Source: a virus (lineage: Duplodnaviria; Caudoviricetes). Taken from it: 38,588 bases of DNA. Location of the stretch: IMG/VR virus record IMGVR_UViG_3300049437_000096, positions 1 through 38,588 of that record; one strand, 5' to 3'. Made by a program: the position numbers and the translations under genes. Under the pieces are notes generated by a model. That model had not been told where the DNA came from, made no database searches, and was given only the letters and a program-made list of their open reading frames with translations. Of the stretch, positions 8,424 to 16,077 are shown in pieces. The stretch's first letter is position 1. Each line of letters opens with the position of its first letter.

Positions 8424-8701
8424 TGACGTTCTGGAATGTTTTCTCGATTATCGCCCTGGTTCTCTTTGGATTCGGCGCCATGTTCTGGCTGGTCATGAGA
8501 ATCCACCAGGCGCGTTTTGCAGCCATGAGCCGGGAAATTAACGAGCTGCGCAGCGACAATCGAGTGCTCATGGAAGCGGTTGCGCAAAAGAGCGGATCGC
8601 CGCTTATATTTCAGCCTCCCAAAATGGAACCTGGAGAGGGCTGGTTTGATTCCGTTGAAGTAAAACCCTCTGAAGATCAAAAGCCCATAAGGCAATACTA
8701 A
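8423..8701 (+). CDS. Single-pass membrane protein with coiled coil, immediately upstream of the portal
   Basis: Hydrophobic VFSIIALVLFGFGAMFWLVM followed by a heptad segment. Confidence 0.65.
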   Translation: MTFWNVFSIIALVLFGFGAMFWLVMRIHQARFAAMSREINELRSDNRVLMEAVAQKSGSPLIFQPPKMEPGEGWFDSVEVKPSEDQKPIRQY

Positions 8702-10945
8702 ATGAAAAGCATTCTGGATCTGATCGGCTTGGGAAAATCCCAGAGCGGCGGCGAAGCTGCGCGCGGGGACATGACGAAAAAAGTCGAAGAATGGACGATG
8801 GAAAAATGGAAAGCGCTTAAAAACGCTTATGTCGTTTTCCATCAAAACACCTGGCGCTGCAGGTTATTTGCTGTTGGAGAATCTTACATCGATGTGGACC
8901 GCCAGACCAAATACTGGATTCCGGCGACTCCCAAAGATGAATGGGTTCCGCAGCCGCGATTCAATCAGTTCACGCCGGCGGTCGACGGCATGCTTGCGAA
9001 TTTCAATACCGTGCCTGAGATTGAAGCCGAGCCGCAGCCGAAAGACGATGCGCGGGCAATGGGTATTGCAGAGATAGCGAATGAGCTGTGCAGCTATGTC
9101 ATAAAAGACAATGCCCTTCGCGCTGATTACAAAAGCAAGGAAGACAGGGCCGGCCAGGCTGCAATTGATTTTGTATTGTCCGGGTGTTGTTTCACGGATG
9201 TGCACGTTCAAAGCGTCGCCGAAGGTAAGCGTCCCAAAAAAGACATGCAGAATCTGCACGGGTTCCAGTGCGTGGATTGTGATTTATATCAGACTTCGGC
9301 GGAGCCTGTCGCCAATTGCCCTCAATGCGGTAAACCCGTGACCAGCTCGCCCACCGGGCAGCTTGCGGAAGCAAAAGACGAGCAAGGCGAAACGGTGATG
9401 GAGGATGTGGTAAAAAAGCGCATCGTCATCGAAATCGCCGATCCCTTGGAAATATTTCCCCGGCCTGGGGCAAAGAACATGGCTGGGACGCCGTATTTGA
9501 TTTATGCGACCCGACTTTCTTTGGATGATATTTGGTATCGGTGGAACTACGAAGCCACGGCAGACTCGGAATATCCCGATTCATTCAACCTGATGATGGA
9601 GTACTCGCTCAATTACTACTATGTTGGATACACTCAAAATTCCAATCAAGCGAAAGACGGCGCGCTTGTTATTCAGGCCTACGCCGAGCCCAACAGGCTG
9701 AAAGATTATCCTGAGGGCTTCTACGCGGTTTGCGTCAACGGCAAGTGCATACACTATAAAACCTGGGCGGAAGAATTTCCGGAAGCCGAGCATCCGATTA
9801 CAATGGGATGCTATCAGCAGATGTCGAAGATTTTCTTTCCACGGACTCCCGCTTTCGATCTGTGCGATCTGCAGAAGTCTGACAATGAGCTCAACAGCGC
9901 AATCGAACTGCATGCAAAGGTAAGCGCAGCCGATACCCTTGTGATCGATAAGCGAGTCGCGGTGACCAAGCCGACCGGCCGCGCGGATAAAATTATTTAT
10001 GGGCAGCCTGTCAGCAGCGTACCTTTGCGTGAATCGATATTCCGCCTGCAGCACGGATCCATGGACGAAGGCATTTATTTGCAGCGCGGCCGCATCAAGG
10101 ATCAATTTCAGACAGTCTCTCATGATGTAAGCGTCTTTCACGGCGAGCAGCCGGGATCGGTTACTGCCGCGAGCGGCCTTGCATTGTTGCGCGGACAGGC
10201 GGAGCTGCAGTATGCCAAGCCGACTCAGAACTGGAACGCGCTGTGGAAAGAGACGGTCCGGAAGGCGATTAAGTGCATCCAGAAAAACTGGAGCGTAGTC
10301 GAAATAGCGGAAATTGTGGGATCGGACAAAATGACGCAGATTTCCGACTTCCTTAAAGCGGATCTTGATAAGTGTCTAAATTTTACCGCGACCATGACAG
10401 GCCTTCCCCGGACGCGCGACGAGCGCCGGCAGGAAATGATGCTGCTGTATGACAAAGGCGCGCTGGATTTGAGCGATCCGAACGTCAAGCAAAAGATATT
10501 TGAGTTATTCGGCGAAACCGGGATGCTGAAAACCTTCTCCGATGATGCGCGCCGGGCTCGCATCAATATCCGGAATATCAGAACTACCGGGCAATGCAAT
10601 CCATTCCGGCCGGATATCGACGATCCTGAAACTCACCGCGGGATCGCGCTCGAAGCCGCCAAGAGCATCGATTTCGACGCCTGGCCGCCTCAGGCCCAGG
10701 ATGCTTTATACGCCTATATCAAATCGATTCCTCCTCCGGAAGCCAAGGGAGACAAAGGCAAAGGTCCAAGCGAATCGATTTCATACAAGGATTTGCCGCC
10801 TGAGGGGAAAATGCAGATGGCGGCTCAGGCTGGGATATCTCTCAGCCCTGAATCAGTTGTTCAGCAGCACGTTGAACAAACTTCGCCTGGAGCAGCTCCG
10901 CAGGGCGCGAATCTTCCTATAGCGCCGAGCCAGGGAAGCAAATAA
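8702..10945 (+). CDS. Portal protein (large podovirus type) with zinc-ribbon insertion
   Basis: 747 aa; position between terminase and scaffold/capsid; EIADPLEIFP, GEQPGSVTAASGLALL and C-terminal SISYKDLPPEGKMQMAAQAGI; CVDC...CPQC insert. Confidence 0.85.
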   Translation: MKSILDLIGLGKSQSGGEAARGDMTKKVEEWTMEKWKALKNAYVVFHQNTWRCRLFAVGESYIDVDRQTKYWIPATPKDEWVPQPRFNQFTPAVDGMLANFNTVPEIEAEPQPKDDARAMGIAEIANELCSYVIKDNALRADYKSKEDRAGQAAIDFVLSGCCFTDVHVQSVAEGKRPKKDMQNLHGFQCVDCDLYQTSAEPVANCPQCGKPVTSSPTGQLAEAKDEQGETVMEDVVKKRIVIEIADPLEIFPRPGAKNMAGTPYLIYATRLSLDDIWYRWNYEATADSEYPDSFNLMMEYSLNYYYVGYTQNSNQAKDGALVIQAYAEPNRLKDYPEGFYAVCVNGKCIHYKTWAEEFPEAEHPITMGCYQQMSKIFFPRTPAFDLCDLQKSDNELNSAIELHAKVSAADTLVIDKRVAVTKPTGRADKIIYGQPVSSVPLRESIFRLQHGSMDEGIYLQRGRIKDQFQTVSHDVSVFHGEQPGSVTAASGLALLRGQAELQYAKPTQNWNALWKETVRKAIKCIQKNWSVVEIAEIVGSDKMTQISDFLKADLDKCLNFTATMTGLPRTRDERRQEMMLLYDKGALDLSDPNVKQKIFELFGETGMLKTFSDDARRARINIRNIRTTGQCNPFRPDIDDPETHRGIALEAAKSIDFDAWPPQAQDALYAYIKSIPPPEAKGDKGKGPSESISYKDLPPEGKMQMAAQAGISLSPESVVQQHVEQTSPGAAPQGANLPIAPSQGSK

Positions 10946-10970
10946 CGCGGTTTAATCAACAGGAGAATTT

Positions 10971-11624
10971 ATGCCTCAAATATTTGTAGGGCCGCCGTAT
11001 TGGCCGGATGGCCCCGGACCAGATCAGCGTCGGGCCGGGCGAGACGGCGACATGATGGTTTCTCAGCTGCACGGAGCTTATGCAGAGCAGAACAGACGTA
11101 GCAACCTGTTGTGCTACAACTCCGGAGCGGCCGGGATAACCATTTTGAAGTATGACAATGTGAATCCGGCGTTGGTAATATGGAATAAAAACGCGAAACG
11201 ATCTTTGGAGCTAGTGGAATGCGCTCTGAGCTGGATCGGGACGCCGGCGGTTGCGGGAAGCATTGGATTGGGTCTGATTCCCGGACCCTTGTATAATCCT
11301 GCGACGGGCGCGGCGATTTCCGCTTTCACGGAGCTGGCGAGCGTGTTGCGCATGTCCGATCTTCAGTCTGTCAATCCCGCGAATGGAAAATGCGCCACTA
11401 CGAGCACGATCGTCGCGCTCGCGGCCGCGGCCTTCTATCCGCTCTTTTCGCTGCCGGACGCACTGGCGGCGGCGTCCACTACAGTTCCATTGTTCGAACT
11501 GTGTCATCAATTCCGAGGTGATTTTTTCGTGCCTCCCGGAGCTGCTTTAGTAGTTTGCGGCAATGTCGCTCAGACTGCGGCGATGGGCTTCCGGCTTTCC
11601 TGGCTTGATAGCCTGGAAGCTTAA
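10971..11624 (+). CDS. Putative virion (head decoration or cement) protein
   Basis: AGGAG RBS; Ala/Gly-rich beta protein in the head module. Confidence 0.5.
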   Translation: MPQIFVGPPYWPDGPGPDQRRAGRDGDMMVSQLHGAYAEQNRRSNLLCYNSGAAGITILKYDNVNPALVIWNKNAKRSLELVECALSWIGTPAVAGSIGLGLIPGPLYNPATGAAISAFTELASVLRMSDLQSVNPANGKCATTSTIVALAAAAFYPLFSLPDALAAASTTVPLFELCHQFRGDFFVPPGAALVVCGNVAQTAAMGFRLSWLDSLEA

Positions 11625-11636
11625 GGAGAAATTGCT

Positions 11637-12164
11637 ATGGGAATGATGAGATTAACGCTGCAACAAACCATTACTCTCACTGCGGCGCAATGCCAGGCCA
11701 ACGGCGGCGTAATGGACAATGTCGTATCAAAGTCTTTCGGCGGAAATGCGATCAAGAAGTTGTTGGCTATACTGCGGATTGTTTCCGCTGATCGCACGAA
11801 CACAGACGAGACCTATGATTTTTACCTCACCGCCTGGAAGCTTCTCGCTAGCGGAAATTACGCGCGATGGGATCTGGTGCATTTCCCTCAGATTGCCGCC
11901 GCGGCCGCCGCGATTTACACCGCGGATGTAAAGGATATGGGGCCTTATCCCCAGAATGTCACAACCGCAGGGCCTGGAGTCGCCGCCGTAACAACGGCGA
12001 CGATGGCTGTAGTAACGGCGGGAGCCAATCAGGGCATCCGCACTCTGGGAGCCGGATTGATCCGCCATGGAAACCTGGGGGAAGGGCTGAGTTATTCTCT
12101 TGCGACCGGAGGCACTACAGCCGGTCCAATTTCGTTCGAACTGGATGTTTCGGCCTGGTTCTAA
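11637..12164 (+). CDS. Putative virion (head decoration) protein
   Basis: AAGGAG RBS; Ala/Thr/Gly-rich beta protein in the head module. Confidence 0.5.
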   Translation: MGMMRLTLQQTITLTAAQCQANGGVMDNVVSKSFGGNAIKKLLAILRIVSADRTNTDETYDFYLTAWKLLASGNYARWDLVHFPQIAAAAAAIYTADVKDMGPYPQNVTTAGPGVAAVTTATMAVVTAGANQGIRTLGAGLIRHGNLGEGLSYSLATGGTTAGPISFELDVSAWF

Positions 12165-12185
12165 AGGCTGGAGCTTAATTTAACT

Positions 12186-12222
12186 GCGCGAAACGCCTCG
12201 GAGAGATCCGGGGCGTTCGCGT
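12186..12222 (+). promoter_or_regulatory. GAGA-tetraloop hairpin upstream of the scaffold RBS
   Basis: GCGCG-A-AACGCCTCGGA-GAGA-TCCGGGGCGTT-CGCGT. Confidence 0.65.
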
Positions 12223-12239
12223 TTATAGGAGTGTGTTTC

Positions 12240-13085
12240 ATGGGAATGCCAGCAAATCCGGCCGCATCGGCTGTCAGCGAGCCTTCGGGCGCGGGAGCTT
12301 CGCCAGCTCCGTCCGGACCTTCGGCGACACCTACGCCCGCCCCGCCAGCGGGAAACAGCAGCGACGGGGGATCGCTACCCTCTGCAGCGGACAGCGCCGG
12401 AATCAAGTCGCTCCGCGAAGCTTATGAAAACCTGAAAAAAGAGCATGAGCCCTATTCCAAGCTTGGCAAGGTAGATGAAATCTCAAGCCATGTATCGATC
12501 GCGCAAAAGATTACATCGCAGGCCTTGGAGCTGGGAAAGACACTGGGATACGACGAAGCTGATATACGAAACGGCCTTGCCGCTGATCCCGAAGGAACTC
12601 TGCTTTTTCTCAGGCAGGCGGCGTCCGCCGTTCCCAACGATCCCAACAAGGCTTTAGAGCAGCTTCTGGAGAAGCGCTTAAAGCCGATCGAGGAACGGAT
12701 CAGCAAAGAAGACCAGGTTAAAGCTTCCACGGAAGCTCAGACCAGGTTTAACACCGCCTTCGACGAGGGAATTAAAACGCTGTTTAAAGACGAGAGCGTG
12801 CCTGGCGAAGAGCAGGATCTGATATATGAAGCGACCCTGGCTCTATTGAAACGGGATGGCGAAGCCATGAAGCGGCTGTACGAAGGCAAAACCTCCGACG
12901 TGCTGAAGTATATGACTCATGCCCGCGAAACATTCGACAAGTACTATCTCGCCCGATCGCAGCGCGAATCTAAGCCAGGCGACCCAAAGAAAGATGGCAA
13001 GACCGTTCCGGAGACCAAGCTCGATCTCAATGATCTGGGCAATGGAATTTTCCCGAAGACGGGGCCTCTGTCTAAGTACGCCTAG
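12240..13085 (+). CDS. Capsid scaffolding protein
   Basis: AGGAG RBS 8 nt before ATG 12240; Pro/Ala/Ser-rich N-terminus then helical and charged; directly precedes the capsid gene. Confidence 0.8.
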   Translation: MGMPANPAASAVSEPSGAGASPAPSGPSATPTPAPPAGNSSDGGSLPSAADSAGIKSLREAYENLKKEHEPYSKLGKVDEISSHVSIAQKITSQALELGKTLGYDEADIRNGLAADPEGTLLFLRQAASAVPNDPNKALEQLLEKRLKPIEERISKEDQVKASTEAQTRFNTAFDEGIKTLFKDESVPGEEQDLIYEATLALLKRDGEAMKRLYEGKTSDVLKYMTHARETFDKYYLARSQRESKPGDPKKDGKTVPETKLDLNDLGNGIFPKTGPLSKYA

Positions 13086-13098
13086 CCGCGAGGAAACA

Positions 13099-14400
13099 AT
13101 GTCTGTCGACACCACTACCTTTTTAAGCGATTTAAAAATCGTCTACGGGACGATTCAAGATCAAATCAGCCGCGAGCCCATGTTTATGAATTTATTGGGA
13201 GACGGCAGCAAACTCGGGCGCCCGATCAGCTCCATCGGCGGCGGCACCCGCGGCTATCAATTTCTTGCATTGCTTCGGCCTAACTGGAGACTGGGATTCA
13301 GGCCTGAATCCAGCACGGTCGGAGTCGGAACCGATGGCAATCAGGGGCTCAAAGAAGCAACGGTGCTCCTCAAATACGCCTATTGCCCGGAAGTCATCAC
13401 GGGCCAGGCGGAAAACCTTTCGCGTGGGGACATGAAGGCTTTCATGCAGGCCAAAGCCCTTGCGGCCAAATATGACATGAAAGATGTTCTTTCTCATTTG
13501 AACGTGATCGCGGTCGGAGCGGATCGCAATGGCCAGCTGGCGAGCGTCGCTGCGGCTCCAGCTCCTGGAGCGGGAACGTTTTATGCGGATAATGCAAGCG
13601 GCTTTCCGGGCGCGATCTACCTGCGGGTAGGAATGCCGATCGACACCTATACGGTGGGCGGCGCTGCTGCTGCCACTACTTCCAACCGGACTATTACCGC
13701 GATCAACTATGCTACGCGGCTGGTCACTCACTCGACCGATACGGCTTTAGCTGCTGAAGCCGTATGTCTCTCGGGAGAATCCTGCACTGTGGCCCAGTAT
13801 CCGACCACGATGGAAGGATTGATTTCCTTGGTCAGCGACACCGGCGCGCTTCAGGGCCTCGATCCGTCAGTTTCCGGCCAGGAATCCTGGAAATCATTCG
13901 TCAAGGATGTATCCGGCGATGATCTGTCGAGCTTCTACATGCATCTGCTTCGGCAAAAAGTAAAAAACTACTCCGGAGAAACTCCGGATCTGTTCTATTT
14001 CCCGTCGGCTCAGATCGCCCAGCTGGTCAAGTTTGCGACTCAGAATTATCGCTTCGAGACCAACAGCGGCAAAGCGATCGGAAAAAAAGCCCTCGACCTG
14101 GGATTCGACGTATTCGAATACGCGGGCCTCGCGATTATCGAGGACAAGGACGCGCGGCCGGATCGCATATTCTGCGGCGCTTCCGAAGCAATCAGCAAGT
14201 TCGAAGCCGTGCCCCTCAGCTTGGCCGATGACGAATCCGGAGTTTGGACGCGCATCATCGCGAGCACTGGAATCGTCGATGCCGTAGCTGGACTGCTTCG
14301 CAGCTATCTCAATATCGGAATCCTCAAGCGCTCCGCTTGGGGCTGTCTGAAAGGCTTGTCCGTAGACAGCGCATTCCTGGATTACCCTGTAACAGTTTAA
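13099..14400 (+). CDS. Major capsid protein (HK97-fold expected)
   Basis: GAGGA RBS; 433 aa; follows the scaffold; ends before a double hairpin; TMEGLISLVSDTGALQGLD and FEYAGLAIIEDKDA motifs. Confidence 0.85.
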   Translation: MSVDTTTFLSDLKIVYGTIQDQISREPMFMNLLGDGSKLGRPISSIGGGTRGYQFLALLRPNWRLGFRPESSTVGVGTDGNQGLKEATVLLKYAYCPEVITGQAENLSRGDMKAFMQAKALAAKYDMKDVLSHLNVIAVGADRNGQLASVAAAPAPGAGTFYADNASGFPGAIYLRVGMPIDTYTVGGAAAATTSNRTITAINYATRLVTHSTDTALAAEAVCLSGESCTVAQYPTTMEGLISLVSDTGALQGLDPSVSGQESWKSFVKDVSGDDLSSFYMHLLRQKVKNYSGETPDLFYFPSAQIAQLVKFATQNYRFETNSGKAIGKKALDLGFDVFEYAGLAIIEDKDARPDRIFCGASEAISKFEAVPLSLADDESGVWTRIIASTGIVDAVAGLLRSYLNIGILKRSAWGCLKGLSVDSAFLDYPVTV

Positions 14401-14403
14401 CCA

Positions 14404-14469
14404 GGGCGGAATTGACCTCCTTCGCCGCCCCTAACGGAGGGGAGCCGAAACGCCAGACGGCTCCCCTTT
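14404..14469 (+). terminator. Double hairpin after the capsid gene (partial terminator or mRNA-stabilising element)
   Basis: GGGCGG/CCGCCC stem at 14404-14430; 10-bp stem AGGGGAGCCG/CGGCTCCCCT at 14438-14467; short U tract. Confidence 0.6.
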
Positions 14470-14480
14470 GAGGAGTTTTA

Positions 14481-15137
14481 ATGTACGTTGACAGCGAATG
14501 CCGCAGCATGATGATTTTGGCGGAAAACCTCGACCCGGAGCAGATCGCTCCCGTGTGGCCCAGAATACGAAAAGGAATTATGGACCGCATTCAGATGTGT
14601 GAGTCCGGGCGCCTGGCGGCTCCTGGAGGGTTTGAAAAGCGTCTTAGGGAAATTGATCCGCTTCTGACTCTCCGGTGGGATTTCTGGGAAGGCTGCTATG
14701 TGGTCGATCGTTGGACGGCTTCCGAGCGATGTTATACGACCATTCTCGTTTGGAAAGATGAATTCGGCCCGAAGCATCTGGATAATTCCATGATCGAAGC
14801 TCTACATGAAGCCGACACCTGGCGTTTCCGAAATTGGCGGGAATATCTTGCCTATAAGCGCGCCAAAGCCGCCAAGCGCCGCGCCCAAATCAAACAGCAA
14901 GGCGACGAGCGCCTTAAAGCGGCCGTCGATTCACTCACCCGCGCCCGCGCGCAAAACTTCATGGAAGTCGAGCAGGCGCTACAAACCGGAGAAACCGTGG
15001 TAGCACACGGCGCAACCGAAAAAAGCCTGGAGCATATGCACTCCGGAGCCCTGCAGGCCAGGGAGCGGGGAGAATATGTCGGGCTGCCGGCGGCCAAAGT
15101 CATCAGGCCGCGATTATTCAAGAAAGGAATTCAGTAA
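14481..15137 (+). CDS. Hypothetical phage protein
   Basis: GAGGAG RBS; FEKRLREIDPLLTLRWD motif. Confidence 0.7.
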   Translation: MYVDSECRSMMILAENLDPEQIAPVWPRIRKGIMDRIQMCESGRLAAPGGFEKRLREIDPLLTLRWDFWEGCYVVDRWTASERCYTTILVWKDEFGPKHLDNSMIEALHEADTWRFRNWREYLAYKRAKAAKRRAQIKQQGDERLKAAVDSLTRARAQNFMEVEQALQTGETVVAHGATEKSLEHMHSGALQARERGEYVGLPAAKVIRPRLFKKGIQ

Positions 15138-15139
15138 TT

Positions 15140-15655
15140 ATGTGGTTGATCCATGTAGGTAAAAACACCATTTCCGACAAGCTTAACGATTATCCGCCTT
15201 TTGTTTTTCCGGCAGGCAAACCGGTCGAAGTTAAAAGCGATTTCCTTGCCAATGCGATTCTGGAGCATCGGAAGCTGGACGGGCTTGTCGAGGTTCCTAT
15301 CATCGTCGATGACAAGGGAATGAGTTTTGATCTGCCCGGAGCCAAAAAGGCTGCGCTGGAGAATTTAAAAAAAGGACGCCGCGAGCTGGTCATGCAGTAT
15401 GTCAAAACGCAGCAGGAATACCGGATATCCGTCGGCAAGCCTCCGCTCCCGCCTTCTCCCGTCGTTCAGAAAATTATTGAAGAGGAAGGAATCGACCTGG
15501 CGGCCGAGGGCATCAATTTATCCGGATCCGGATTTAAGATCGCGAATCAGGATCTTGGCGATCGCGTTGCGACGCTTGAAGAGCAGCTGGCGACGCTATT
15601 GGAACAAAACAAGCTTCTCAAAGAGCAGAATGAAATGCTCAAAGGCAAAAAATGA
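15140..15655 (+). CDS. Hypothetical phage protein with C-terminal coiled coil
   Basis: In-operon ORF with heptad repeat LEEQLATLLEQNKLL. Confidence 0.7.
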   Translation: MWLIHVGKNTISDKLNDYPPFVFPAGKPVEVKSDFLANAILEHRKLDGLVEVPIIVDDKGMSFDLPGAKKAALENLKKGRRELVMQYVKTQQEYRISVGKPPLPPSPVVQKIIEEEGIDLAAEGINLSGSGFKIANQDLGDRVATLEEQLATLLEQNKLLKEQNEMLKGKK

Positions 15656-16077
15656 GCGAGACTCTCGAAAGCCTGACCGCATCTATCGGAAGGTGGATCA
15701 GGGAAGGCACGGATGTCGACATGGTCGCGGATGCCGTGTCCGATGCTATCCAGGATTTATATCAGGGCCTTCTGGGCGTGAGCTCCGAAACATATCTCGG
15801 CCAGGAGCCGCGACGTCTTAAGGCCGGCGATGATGATACGGCCCCGATACCCTTTCAGGATTTGATGGGATGCATTCCGTTTATCCGCTATACGGCGCTC
15901 AGTCTTTTGGGCCAATCGGTTTATGAGGATGCCGCCGCGGTGGGTTGGAATGAAAGGGCGGAGAAAGCGCGCGAGCGCGTGCTGCTTGAAGCCCTCAATA
16001 AATCAGATCGTCCGGAAAGAATAGAGCCCTACGATCCATACAATCAAACCAGTTTGAACCCGAATAGAAGGCCCTGA
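15652..16077 (+). CDS. Putative head-tail adaptor
   Basis: Small helical protein directly before the nozzle gene; TLESLTASI...AVSDAIQDL pattern. Confidence 0.55.
   Translation: MSETLESLTASIGRWIREGTDVDMVADAVSDAIQDLYQGLLGVSSETYLGQEPRRLKAGDDDTAPIPFQDLMGCIPFIRYTALSLLGQSVYEDAAAVGWNERAEKARERVLLEALNKSDRPERIEPYDPYNQTSLNPNRRP

Noticed and set aside
12919-13098. N-terminal extension of the capsid protein or a scaffold-capsid frameshift fusion
   Set aside because: A good RBS precedes ATG 13099, and no clear slippery site was seen in the overlap.
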